Origin: Ramazzottius varieornatus
Lineage: Eukaryota; Animalia; Tardigrada
Assembly (NCBI GenBank): GCA_001949185.1
Contig: BDGG01000005.1
Coordinates: forward strand, 434,001 to 498,000
Reading direction: 5' to 3'
Length of the DNA: 64,000 bases
Positions within the stretch are counted from its first letter, which is position 1. Each line of letters starts with the position of its first letter. The notes under the pieces were generated by a model. The model did not search any database and was not told where the DNA came from. It saw only the letters and a program-made list of their open reading frames with translations. Shown here piece by piece: positions 21,622 through 36,079 of the stretch. The position numbers and the translations under genes are program-made.

Positions 21622-24600
21622 ATGGATCCGTGGAAAATGCTGCCTGATGAACGAACGAAATATGAGCATCAGTTTACCCAGTTGAATCCTGTCGACGGTT
21701 TCCTAACTGGCTCACAAGCAAGAGATTTCTTCCTGAAATCCCAGCTTCCCGGCCCAGTGCTAGCGAAAGTATGGGAACTTTCCGATATGAATCGCGATGG
21801 CCGGCTGGACAAGAATGAGTTTTCCATTGCGATGCACCTCATTCGAAAGAAGCTACAGGGTTCGGAGCTTCCAGCTACTCTCCCACACTCTATGCTGAGT
21901 CCCGTGGTAAACCCTCAGACTACAATAAGCCCGAGTGCCAGTGCGTGGGGAGCTATGCCTGATGTCCTACCGCGAGCCGCAGCAAGTCCACCGTCTGTGC
22001 TGGGCAGCGCAGGGGCGAGCATGCCCGGCAATCTGGATCTGCACGACTTGAATGGACCGCTTGCCAGTCATTCATTCCCGATACAGCCAAATCTCACTGG
22101 TGGAAGCTTCTTTCAAGGTAGGTGAATGCTGTCCTAGTAGACAGTTTCTGCCTGCATAGGTTTGGTGCGTGGTTTGTCGCATATTGTAGTATGTAGGTGG
22201 CTGAGGTGTGTATCCAGGTTCTTGGATACACATTCTTCTTCTAGCCACGATCGACAGGCACCAGCATACAAGACGTGTCTTAATTATCCGACTGGGCATA
22301 TGCAGGTTCTTGAGTTGATCGTGTTGTGCTCTTCTTGTCAGGTGCCGCGAACAAGAGTTTCGACCAACGAAGCCGCACCGGTTCATTCCCACAGATTTCC
22401 ACGACGGACACGCGAACTGCTACTCTTCCAGCTGGGGAATGGGCGATACCTCATCAAACCAAGCTAAAGTACAATAAAATGTTTCACGATCTTGATAAGA
22501 CTCGTATGGGCTCGTTGAGTGGTGGTCAGGCCAGGCCTATCCTGACTCAGTCTGGTCTTTCGGTCCCCGTTCTGGCTCAGGTTTGGGCGCTAGGGGATAT
22601 CGATAAAGATGGACGATTGACATCGGAGGAATTCGTATTGGTCATGCATCTGGTCGAACTAGCCAAGCAAAGACAACCACTTCCGGCTGTGTTACCTGTC
22701 GAACTCATTCCTCCCTCGTTTCGTCGACCAAAAGGCGTGAGCTCAACCATGCCGATCGCGGTGGAAGGGTCGGTTTCGTCGAATGATGCTGGGTCGCTTT
22801 CAGGGACACAAGTAAGTAACGGCAGATTGGTTCAAGTCATTCGAAATTCGAGCAAACAAATTCGGCAAGATTATTCTCCAAGTGGCGCATGCTTCCATCC
22901 AGAAACACTGGAAACGTGCGCAACTCGTGACAACGATCATGTCAAGTTTGTTTGGCGAGCTGATAAAATAGTTAATTTGACATTGCTGGTAGGATGCAGT
23001 CTTTCCGAATGCGCCGGCTTCGTTCGAGGACAAGAGGAAAGAAAACTACGATAAGGGTCAAGCGGAACTGGAACGAAGGCGGCAAGCTATTCAAGAGATG
23101 CAACGTCAAGAGCGCGAAGAACGGGAAAGACGAGAACGCGCCGAGCAAGAAAGGCGAGAAGCTCTTCGACTGGAACAAGAACGAAAGCGACAAGCTGAGC
23201 TAGAAGAACGAATGGCTCGTCAGCGCGAAATACAAGAGAAGGAAGAAGAAGAGCGTCGAAAGATTCTGGAGCAACAGAAAGCGGCAAGGTTAGAGATGGA
23301 ACGTCAAAGGAAGATCGAACGACAGAAACAGAGAAGGCACGAGCTTTTCAACGAGCGCACACGCGCTTACGAAGAACTGGCTCACTACAGACAGGAAAGT
23401 GGTGGGTTTGAGATCAATAGTGTGGATACTGATGCAAAGTTAGCGGATTTGTTAAGACTGGTGGAGGAAAGTCGGAACCAGGTGCGGGAAAGGAAGGACG
23501 CCATTGATGGGATGAGGGGACAAAGAGACCAGCTGCTGGAAACCATCAGCAAGGCGACTCAGGATGATGCGAGGTTGACAGAAGAGCTGAAGAGGGCGAA
23601 AAGTGAGGCGGCGTCTTTCTCGGGAAGATTGTCAATTGTGGGAGATGTCCGGGAAGACCTTCCAAAGTTGACTGCTGAAGTCGCTGCCCAACAGGTAAAC
23701 CCGTGGGAAAACCATTGGAAATTTTTCTTACTGAAAAAAGCATAAATTTGTCTTGTTAAGAACTTCCTGATAGTGCAAAGTCAAAAATGATACAGTTTTA
23801 CGGGAGCTTGGGCTGCTCGGTAAACAAGCTGGACAAAATCATTTTCCAGGCGGGCGGTCAGTAAAACTGTAAACGTGCGCCACTTGGGAAAACTAATCTA
23901 GTCGAGTTAGTTTGCCGAGCTTGCGAATACGCATCTGGATTCTGGCCCGTGGTTTAACTTTCTTTGAATTGCAGGAGAAGTTCAATGAAGTTCAAAGTAG
24001 GCTTTCGGAAGCCGAAACTTCCAGCTCGGGCATAAAGAAAGCTATCGAAGAGAGAAACGACAGAATAAGGTCCCTCGCGGACGAGTTCCAGGCCAAGTAC
24101 GAAGAACACACCAAACTTCTGCATGACTACCACAACAAGCAAGAATTCCTCTTCACCTCCTTCCCATCTTCGCGATCGACATCCTCAACTGGCCACATCG
24201 AACCTGTCAGCGATGGTTTGTACCCTAACCTCCAACCCTTGCAATCATCCTATGCTTCTCCCGTCAGTACAGATCACTACGGCTTCGATGCAGCAGCCAA
24301 GGCCGATACATGGGGAGATCAGAATGGCTTCGAAGCACCTGAGGACCTGTGGGGAGAACAGTCTCCTTTCGGTGACACTACCACAGAACAGAGTAATGGT
24401 GTGGCAGATATTCGTGATAAACTACAGAATGAACTAGTCATGAGAACACCTTCAGTCAAACACGATATCCACCTGTCGTTTGATAACTTCAAAAAGCATA
24501 CGTTCAAACAGTACCGAGCGCTGTTCACATACACGGCGGGCAATGAAGACGAGCTGTCGTTTCACGCGGGGGATATCATCTCCGTGCCTGATTCACACGA

Positions 24601-26249
24601 AGGTGAACCGGGATGGCTGCCTGGTGAACTGAATGGCAAGACAGGATGGTTGCCTGAAAATCACGTTCAGTTGTTAGAAGAACAGGGTGCTCAGAAAGAG
24701 GAGAAGTTCCAACCGACACCGAAGTCGAGGGGGAACTCGTTCAGTACGAGCCTTGATGCTTCAGCGATTGACGCGGCGCAGTTGCTGACGGGGAATGTGA
24801 AGGGAAGGGCGATACATCCCTGGAATGCAAAGAAGGAAACGCATTTGACTTTCGCGAAGGGTGACGTGTTGAGTCTGAGGAAGAAAGCGGATAACTGGTT
24901 CTTCGGAGAGAAGGAGGGCGGGAAACAGGGATGGTTCCCGGCGGCGTGTATCGAGATGATAGCTGAGGCTGAAGCAAGTCAGGGAGGAGCTGTGGCGGGT
25001 GGGTCTGTGGAGGGACACCGACATATGGCGCTGTTCGAGTACAAGTCGGACATCGAGGGGGATCTGTCGTTTGACGCCGGAGATGTCATCGTCGTCGTGC
25101 AGAAAGATGGAGATTGGTGGACGGGCAAAATCGGAAACCGAACTGGAATCTTCCCGGTACGTTTCGTTTGGTCTTACATGTTTGACACATCATTGTGCTG
25201 AAATTAGAGAAAAATGAAATACGAGACATGAAAACCACGAAAATTCAATTACAAACATGTTAAAGTTGAGCTAAAAGACAAAAATAAAAATAAGAGCTCC
25301 GCAAACAAATTTGACAGGATTTGTTTCTCAAGGGGCGCACGTTTTCCTTGTTGTTGGCTGAAAGCGGACGCCACTGGAGGACCTTTTTCGTCGAGTTTGT
25401 TTGCCGAGCTCCCGCATCGACCCAAACCGAGGACGACAATCATTTGCGTATTTTATCGTGTTTTTCTATCTCAGAGTAACTATGTCAAAGAACAAGAAAT
25501 CACTTCCCCACAAGCGGCTGTCACGCCGACGCAATTCAAGTCGATGGCTCCAGCACCTCCCTCACCATCCGTCACCGAGGAGTCATCCAAGAAGAAGCCA
25601 GAGATCGTTATTACTGTGGCGCCCTACGCTGCCGGTGGTCCCGAACAGATATCTTTCGCAAAAGGCGATATGATTCTGGTGAAGAAGAAAACTGAGACTG
25701 GCTGGTGGGAAGGTGAGCTTCAGGCCAAGGGAAAGCAGAAACAGACCGGCTGGTTTCCCGCAGCCTACGTCAAGAGCATTGCTGGATCCGGACAAGGAAG
25801 TGACAGCGCAGCAGCCACGCCGACGACGAATAGCTCCCGAACGGCCTCCCTTTCATCCGGTGAGAAACGAGAATACAAATGAAAAAATCATACATTTAAT
25901 GTCGAACTCTGATGACGCACTCGACAAGATTGTTTATTTAAGTGAGGCGATAACACTGGAAACTTGCGCCACTGGGAAGAGTAATCTTGCCGAGCCTGTT
26001 CGTCAAGGTTTTGTTTCGTATCTTTTTACTTGATACTTTTTAGGGTCCGCCGCAGATATTTCTTCCGGTATTTCCGGTACCAAAGTCGAGGCGATGTTTG
26101 ATTACACGGCCATGAACGATGATGAGCTATCGTTCAAGAAGAACGACATCATAACAATCATCGCAAAGGAAGACGAGAACTGGTGGAAAGGGTCGCTGAA
26201 TGGAAAGACTGGCATATTGCCCAGTAATTACGTTCATATTTTGAATTAG
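21622..26249 (+). CDS. ITSN1: Intersectin, short form (2 EH, KLERQ coiled coil, 5 SH3), multi-exon
   Basis: Two EH domains ([36 protein letters not shown]), [20 protein letters not shown], five SH3 domains. Stop at 26247-26249, with no DH-PH-C2 seen. Confidence 0.93.
22845..22962. mobile_element. MITE family A copy (intersectin intron)
   Basis: GCAAACAAATTCGGCAAGATTATTCTCCAAGTGGCGCATG..AAACGTGCGCAACT..AGTTTGTTTGGCGAGCT. Confidence 0.75.
23814..23922. mobile_element. MITE family A copy (intersectin intron)
   Basis: GCTCGGTAAACAAGCTGGACAA..AAACGTGCGCCACTTGGGAAAA..GTCGAGTTAGTTTGCCGAGC. Confidence 0.75.
25294..25413. mobile_element. MITE family A copy (intersectin intron)
   Basis: GAGCTCCGCAAACAAATTTGACA..GGCGCACGTTTT..GTCGAGTTTGTTTGCCGAGCTCCC. 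Confidence 0.75.
25918..26002. mobile_element. Internally deleted MITE family A copy (intersectin intron)
   Basis: CTCGACAAGATT..ACTGGAAACTTGCGCCACTGGGA..AATCTTGCCGAG. Confidence 0.65.
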
Positions 26250-26821
26250 AATAAGATGAAATTTATTTCAAGTTTGGTAAAGATTTCTCCTTTGCGTCTT
26301 CTTGCTTTTCACGTGTTTTTGTTTTAATTTATTAACTACGACGCTTTCTTTTGATTTTTCGGCGATTTTTTGTCGTGCTCAAGACCTAGAGGTGCATATG
26401 TACGTAATGCTTGTCTTGTCCATCGTGCAAAACGTAAAGCTTCATGCCTGGTTTTCGTTCGGACTTGAGAATTTAGCCAGCGGTTCAAGGAAAAAGCAAG
26501 CCTCCAAGAACTCTGGGACATTGCGTACTTGCGCAGTGACTGTTGTCGCCGCTGTGACGTCATCGCGGGCATCTCAGTTATCGCGCTGGCAATTTCTCCC
26601 GCATGCATGTATGGATGAGTGCGAGGTCCACTGTATGATGCATGCAGCTGTGCAAGGGAAAGGTACCTTTTGTCAGCCAGCCGGGAGTTTCTTGGTGAAA
26701 GCTGTAGAATCGGTGAACAGCAATCCAAAACATCATCCTTGGCAACGAAAGGGAGAGTAAATGCCGAGGGTTGAACAAGCTGCGAAATCTATCTAGAAGC
26801 AGCAGATTTATCGGCATTCAA

Positions 26822-27265
26822 ATGACGGAGCAACTTTCTGACAAGCAAGTCGCGAACTTCAAGCAGGCTTTCGTCTTGTTTGATAAAGATGGCAATGGCA
26901 TTATATCGCCTGCGGACCTCGCTTCAGCTATGAAAAGCTTGGGTCTTTCTCCCACCGAGGCCAATCTGCAGGATATGATCAACGAAGTGGACATTGATGG
27001 AGATGGGTCCGTCGAGTTTTCCGAGTTCCTGCGGATGATGGTTCGCAAAATGAAGCAAGTCGACCTGGACGACGAGCTACGTGTGATTTTTAATCTTTTC
27101 GACAAGGACCGCGATGGGTTCTTGAACGTAAAAGATTTGTCTATTGTTTTAGCGAGTTTGGGAGAAAAACTAACCGATGCCGAAGTCAAGGAACTTATCG
27201 TGGATTTCGACCTCGACGGTGATAACATGATTAACTATCACGAATTTGTTCATATGATGAGCTGA
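26822..27265 (+). CDS. Divergent calmodulin-like protein (4 EF-hands), intronless
   Basis: [48 protein letters not shown]. 147 aa, clearly diverged from canonical CaM. Confidence 0.9.
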   Translation: MTEQLSDKQVANFKQAFVLFDKDGNGIISPADLASAMKSLGLSPTEANLQDMINEVDIDGDGSVEFSEFLRMMVRKMKQVDLDDELRVIFNLFDKDRDGFLNVKDLSIVLASLGEKLTDAEVKELIVDFDLDGDNMINYHEFVHMMS

Positions 27266-27327
27266 CCAATTTCCTAGTAAAACATCACCGACCTAAACAA
27301 AGCCAAATATTCGCCGAGTATATATTA

Positions 27328-28209
27328 CTAATGCGCGTAATTCGGCGACGTAATAACAGCTTCATCCCACGGACCATGAATGGTAGTTTTGTACCGCTGT
27401 AAACGGACGAACAGGAAAGGACACAACAGAGAAAGACCTATGATCATCAGAAAGAACATCAGTGCAAAGAATTTACTGACAAAAGCTACCAGTGTCACAT
27501 CTGCCAAAATAAGCATGGGCGTAACAGAGAGAAAGTACCCAGGCCGTTTGCGCTGCAGGACCGATCGCATAGCTGGCCACAGCCCGAAAATCCCTGCGGC
27601 TGATATGATCAGCGCGAAAGCGTCTAACGAAGAAGGTAACCGCGAAGCTAAGCAAACCGCGGCAGCGAATGCCGCGTTCAACGAGAAGGCTTGTGAGACC
27701 ACCAGAGCGCGAGGTCCGTAATCGTGGACAGCAATGTTAGCCATCAGCATACCTGTAACCATGAGGTAGATCGTGTCCGTGCTGACTGTCCGAGTCAACG
27801 TGGACAGGATTGGGGAGACGCCGAACGCAAACCCGTATATGACCAGACAGGTGTGCATTTCTTTTTTGGAAGGGAATATGTCCGACATGCCTTGCATCCG
27901 TCTGTACCAGGCGTTACCGAAAGCCAGCTGGATGGAGAGAGCGAAGATGACTTGGAAGGCATCGATTCGCTTCTCGTAGATGTAGACGTAGATTAGAACG
28001 AACAGGACAGCTAGACAAACTTGTTGAACGAGGACAGCCGTGCCGCGAACAGCTTCAAAGAAAGTGTACGTTTTGAGGTTGACGTTTGTGCGAAGCTCCT
28101 TTAGGAATGTTTCGTCGTCCGTGTGGTTGTCGGGTGTGCCTTGGTTCTTCCACAGCACTCTGCGCGAGTATCCCGCTGTGAGGATGGGAGCATACGTTGA
28201 ACCGTCCAT
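27328..28209 (-). CDS. PIGC: Phosphatidylinositol N-acetylglucosaminyltransferase subunit C (GPI2), intronless
   Basis: RVLWKNQGTPDNHTDDETFL, SPILSTLTRTVSTDTIY, SLNAA..VCLASRL, YKTTIHGPWDEA. Confidence 0.93.
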   Translation of the reverse strand: MDGSTYAPILTAGYSRRVLWKNQGTPDNHTDDETFLKELRTNVNLKTYTFFEAVRGTAVLVQQVCLAVLFVLIYVYIYEKRIDAFQVIFALSIQLAFGNAWYRRMQGMSDIFPSKKEMHTCLVIYGFAFGVSPILSTLTRTVSTDTIYLMVTGMLMANIAVHDYGPRALVVSQAFSLNAAFAAAVCLASRLPSSLDAFALIISAAGIFGLWPAMRSVLQRKRPGYFLSVTPMLILADVTLVAFVSKFFALMFFLMIIGLSLLCPFLFVRLQRYKTTIHGPWDEAVITSPNYAH

Positions 28210-28701
28210 GTTCGCACCCTGCGAAGACAACGAACAAACCACAGGAATGGATGAACGGTCAGAATGAGCTTGACTCCGTGCTTGAGAGTGGAAAGTGGGA
28301 AGGCAGGAAGACTGATCGAAGAATTTTAGTTGGAGTTTGGAACTTGGGTTATAACTGATTGTTGATCCACTGTAAACAAGGACTCCCGTACTGACAGGTT
28401 GTCAGGTCATCATATTATGCTGTGTTATATATCATGTCCTAACTTCCGGTTGCAAGTTGAGAACTTCCGCCGTCGCTTATACGTATTCTTTTCCAGGATT
28501 TTCGATTTCCGATTCCCCATTCCCGACTGCCGACTCCATTATCGGTCACAGGCAGATCGTACTTCGGATCAAGGCGTAACAGGATCGTGGTTCTTGTTTG
28601 TTGAAAACTGTCGAAGCTAGCTCATTTCGACGATTGCATGGTGAACGTCGTCGCAGTTAACCCAGCATCTTTGCGTCCTTCCGGAGTTCCGACAAATCAG
28701 C

Positions 28702-31700
28702 ATGGTAAGTTCTTTTGCGGCTGGACTCACCGAGATGCTGACGACTTCTCCTTTTGCAGCCGGCCACAGTGAAGGTGAAAATATGCGAAGCGCGAAACCT
28801 CCCAATCATGGACCGCGGTGGAGAGACTACAGATGCTTTCGTGGAGGCAATTAATTACTGCTGAAGCCGTAGTGTTCTCTTTCAGTAGTTGATTGATGTT
28901 AGCCGCTCACTGTACATCGTCTTTATAGGTTCGGCTAGCAAATAATGTCTTCAAGACCGAAGTGTGCCGTCGGACGTTGGACCCCAAATGGGACAGTGAC
29001 TGGTTCAAGTTCGACGTTAGTGATGCTGCGTACTTACGGTATTCATCTATATATGTAATCTGTTCATAACCCGTTGTTTCTTTTTAGGTAAAGGACATAG
29101 AACTGCAGGAAGACCCATTGCAAATCCGAATCATGGACTACGACACGTATGACAACTTGTATCGCATGAATTTGACCTCACATCACTGAATTTAGAACAT
29201 ACCGACATGTATAAACATTGATACGTTAAAGGTATTCCTCCCACGATGCGATCGGAAAGATCTATGTGGACTTAACGAACATGCTCGTGAGCGAGAACCG
29301 CTCCTCTTATACTGGCTGGCTTCCCATCTACGACACTCTTCTAGGCATCCGTGGGTAAGTTTCAATGCGGCTTACCTTCACACATACAAGATTCGGTCAA
29401 TAATGGGTTATGTGGCCACAAGTTATTTGCTTGAATAGGCAGCTTCGGATCGAAATTCGGCTAATTACGTTCTGCGTCGATATGAAGTCCTTCTGGCATC
29501 CCTCACAGAATGTCCTCTTCTTTGCTTGTAAGGAACTCGAATCATTGTTAACTCGCTCCGATTATTTATTGATAAATGTGCTTTGTTATTTGCAGCGTCT
29601 CTCTTTCCTACGGGCTTCCATGTAAAGCGCATCATCGGTCTCGTCGACCATGTCATAGTCGCAGATGATCCCGAACATCAGTGGCTGATCGACAAGCTTC
29701 GTACTCCGCGCTCGACAAACGAAGCTCGGCAGTTGCTGTTTATGAAGATGTCCGGTGAACTGCGGCGGAAGATAGGCGGGAAAGTGGTCGATTTGGGCGG
29801 GAACGCCGTGATCGCACTGCAACAACGAATTGACCTCGGCAACATGGGCATCATCCTTCGTGTGATCGGGACCGCAGTCGTTATTGAGAAGATGAGAACC
29901 GAGTTCACTGTTGGTGAAACAGTACTCGACACCGCGAACAGAAGTAGCGTGTCCCCTGTTGACAGAAGACGATTAGCCAAAGTAGACATCGTTCCTGGAC
30001 TTGCGCCAAAGATCAAGGATACGACGCTGAGAGATGGCCACGAAAGCACAAACGAATATGGTAGTCTAGTAGCACTCTGGTGATACCATCGGCTGGCAGG
30101 CATGAATGAGGGTGCGGTCCTCTTTAGGCAATAAGGTCCCTGGTTTCGATGGCATCCCAGAAAATGGGCACGATGACATGACGAAATTCTATCTGGGATC
30201 TTCGCAAGAGAGCGATCCACCGGAGGGCCGGACAACCAGTAGCGCGGTATGCTGTCATTACGTTCGGAATGTAAGTACAGGGTTCCGTAAGGCTTTCGAT
30301 TTTTTAGGAGTTCCCGTTTCTTACCATCAAACACTTTCCGAATGGATTGATCAAGAGCCTGGGCGGAACCGTGTCGTGCAAACTGGTAAAGACGTTGGAA
30401 CGCGTGGAACAAGATGGTAAATTTGGTCCACCTTTTCCTTCTTCTGTTTCTTCCTGCTTTCGTTTCCGGTTCGTCATGCTTGGTATTGTACTGAACCTGA
30501 ATAGTCTCATTGCTCTGCAGATATCAATCAAGCTCCGTACGCCCTTTGGTGGAAAGAAGTGCGGTCGGAAGTTTTCCGGTTGATGAAAAGCATTGGATGT
30601 AATGCTGTGATCGGCTACACAGAAGATGTCACTTTGACGGACATGGGCAACATTCAATTGCTATGCGCCTCCGGAACTGCCGCAGTGCTCGATATTACTC
30701 TCGCGGTGAACGACAGCACTACCGAAGTACTCGCTGGGCTAATCTATTACATCACATTCCCTTACTTCACGAACGATTTCTTCCTCATTGTGACGAATTC
30801 CAGGCATCCTGGAGCACTACGCTGGCGAAGGACAACATCAGCAAAGAACAGTCGACTTTGCAATAGTAAGCTCTAAACACTGACTCTTTCGGCTTCTTTC
30901 TTCCATAAAATTTTCAATAATTTATTTCCAGTCCGGAAATGGTTGGTGTATCTGTGACTTGCAACACTTTCCATTCTCCAAGTGGAATTTACACGGAGCA
31001 TGCTGCGCCGACTTCGTCCTTGTGTTCGGTTTGCCGCACTGGATCCGTGCCCGATATGCTCTTACTTACCATTGAGCCTTTTACTGGAATGCCAATCAAA
31101 GGTACCGGCACTCTAATTCAAGCACGGGTCGCTGTTCGTCGCAACAGAACCTTCAAAGGTAGGCCAGTCATATTTCATACGTCGATGCGCCAAAATTATT
31201 GGACAGAATAATGTTATCAATTTACCGATGTTAATGGTGATTCTGAATAACACCAAATGAGGAGACGTTGAGGTAAATTTTGCCCTATTGGTTTGACAGG
31301 GGAGAATGGCGCGAGAGAACTGTCGGAAGCTTTGCCATTCGTGGAGTTTGAACTCCATTCTCAGATAAGCACAAAACTGAGGTTGCTGGGCCTGAACGTT
31401 GTCTTTGGGTTAAAAGTGGATATCAAATGTGGGTCGGAAGTCATTGTCGCACTAGCGACAGGTACCGGGCTCTACGTAACTGCGCTACCGAAGCCCGCTA
31501 GGCTCACAGTTTTCTCCGAGAAGCAGAGCGCAGCGGAGCCTTTGGACCTACAAGGTAAACTTGACGGTCTGATCGAACAGCAGATGAGACAACTCGGCTT
31601 GACCGACGAAAAGGAGGACTTGAAGTCTGGAAGACCCTCGAGACTGCTGAAACAGACACCGGGTCATGGAAAACGGAGGAAAACAACGGGATCGAGACAA

Positions 31701-33459
31701 TATTCAAAGGCCGGCTTCATCATCGATGTAAGAAACTCATATTGTCATCCGACGCACACTCCTAAAAGCTCCACTGTAAGATTTCCTCATTGCAGCTGGA
31801 AGATGATAGTTCGGGGAGCAAGGACCTTCTGTCGTTGGTCGACTACCTCCCTTCCAAAGAAACTCTCCTGTTTGGTTCAGAGGTATGTCCGATCCAGGAT
31901 CGTCTACGACAGCTGCGCCATGCAGGTTGGTATCGATACTTGGATGTAGCGCAGTTTGCGCGCAGTATTCCGCTGTCTTACCACTGGCATATCGATTATT
32001 CCACTGTAGAGTATTCACTGACCGGACGACCGGAAGTGCCTTTCGAGCTCCAGAATTTTTGTAGGGTGTGGAGGAGTAACCTGCTAAATGAACAGGATGA
32101 ACTTATGGATATTCTGCCTGTCTTCAAGACCCTTCTAAAGGTTTGAATTTCTCTTGGTAGACGGAATACTTACAGTGCAGTATTAGTCGGTTTCGTCCTT
32201 ATGAATACTTCTTCGTAGGACATCGTCTTTCGTGCCAGAGTATATCGACCCTGCCGTATTTGTGGCCTGGAATTCCGAATATCCGTTACTTCGGATGAGG
32301 AACTGCTCGTGTTGGCCATTGGGTCGATTCTACCAGAGCCGGTACCGCTCTATGGTCCTGCCGGACCGCTCAAGGCGCTCCTCGAGATCAAACGACCACA
32401 AAGGCAGAACAACGGGCGGTCAGGTATCGGACTACTTCCTATTTCATTACTTCAATTGAAATGTGCGATGTGAAATTATGTCGAATTTCTTTTTCATGTG
32501 TAGGCGTTTCCGGTAGTGACGAGAATAGTGACGCGACAACTTTTCCGCGCTTCGCAACAGATGGAGCCTCCGCGTCTGCTCACTTAGGCGAAACTCTGCA
32601 TCGAGATTCCCTGGCAGCGTCCTCCACGGGCGTCAGCTTGTCCAAGCACGGCATCATGGCCGGTTCCCGACACCGCATATCGCCACCTCGTCTGCCGCAC
32701 CTGATGACCAACAATACTCTCCTGTCTGAAGCCCCGTTCCGGCATCCGTCGCACGTGGAGATATCCTCGTTGTCGTTCGCCCACGCTAGTACCATTAAAC
32801 GATACGTGGGAAATCTGAACTTGGTCATTCTGAGGGAATGCCAGACACTCCGCGAAGTACCGTAATGCTTCATGATCTTGGCGAACTGTCGTCAGAGTAA
32901 GCGTACAGTTTACGGGTACGATGACGCATACATCATGCGCTTACAATGACGCCATTCGCCAAGTTCTGAAGCATTACAGTAAGCGCACATCTCATAATAT
33001 GCGGGAGCTCGACAAGATTGTTTTTCCGAAGTGGCGCACGTTTTCAAGCTTGTTGGCTGGAGCCGTGCGCCACTTGAAGGATAGAACTTGTCGATTCTGT
33101 TGTGCCAAGGTCCCATGTACTACAGTTCCTTTCTGCCTTTCAAAAGACTGATTGGTTTTACTGCTTTCAGGTTGAAGGCCCATCAGGGTTCATACAGCTT
33201 GCGCTGTCCGATGTGTATGCCATGGTTAGAGCTCAGGCACTTGCTTCCGGTGGGAATATGATACTTTCGTTTCATGTTGCTCAACTTCAGATCGCAGATT
33301 CGTATAACCAGGTAGACAAGGTTGAGTCGTGGTATTTTCTTCGGAACTTCCGTGGTTTAACGGTGTTCTGTTCTTCGGTAGGCCCAGTGTATTATCTACG
33401 TTTCCGGTGATATGGTAGAAGCGGAAGACAGCATGTCTTTTACGGAAAGTGAAGCCTGA
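28702..33459 (+). CDS. C2CD5: C2 domain-containing protein 5 (KIAA0528), multi-exon
   Basis: M|PATVKVKICEARNLPIMDR..TDAFVE, DPEHQWLIDKLRTPRSTNEARQ, GGNAVI, GCNAVIGYTE, LPFVEFELHSQ, YVGNLNLVILRE, AMVRAQALASGGN. Confidence 0.92.
32858..32981. mobile_element. MITE family B copy inserted in the TA of a C2CD5 splice donor
   Basis: TACCGTAATGCTTCA..CTTGGCGAA / TTCGCCAAG..TGAAGCATTACAGTA inverted ends. Removing it restores GAA|GTAAGC. Confidence 0.75.
33003..33115. mobile_element. MITE family A copy (C2CD5 intron, next to a family B copy)
   Basis: GGGAGCTCGACAAGATTGTTTTTCCGAAGTGGCGCACGTTTT..CGTGCGCCACTT..CTTGTCGA. Confidence 0.75.
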
Positions 33460-34045
33460 AGCTGCCGTATTTGTGCTAAGCTGCTTCTTGCCGCACTATT
33501 GTAAGTTATTTTGGCAGAAAGCTTCAATTCGAACAGATTTTCTGGTTTTACTTGCTCCTGACTTCTTATTACTTTATCTATTACTATGTGACCATTTCTT
33601 ACCTTGATCTCAACGCGAATCTGATTGGAGCTCAGTTTAAATAATGTATGTAAGACCAACAGCTGAACACTAAAACTTTGTTCTGACCCAGCGCGCACAT
33701 TCTTTACGAAAACTTTGGACGAAAAAATGTACAGGAATAATATAAAATCATTTTGTTAGTACGCGTGTTTACGCTCAAATGTTAGCCTACAGTGGACTCA
33801 TATTACTGAATAAATAGTTACAGTACTTTTTCTCTGAAGCTGTGACATATACAAAACTATGGCTAGCCTGTTGCCTTGCCCGACGCTGAATTCCACAAGG
33901 CTTTCGACTGCGCACCGGATATCCACGATCCATCCACAAGCATTGTCAAGCACGATATGTATCGATGGGTATGACGAACTTATCAGAGTACCAAATTTCC
34001 GTCGGGAACATAAGATAATACTCCATATCCATGTGTTGTAGGGTT

Positions 34046-36079
<2,034 letters not shown>

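Noticed and set aside
26250-26800. Long intersectin isoform (DH-PH-C2) or a separate gene
   Set aside because: No such motifs are present, and the CaM-like gene follows within 600 bp.
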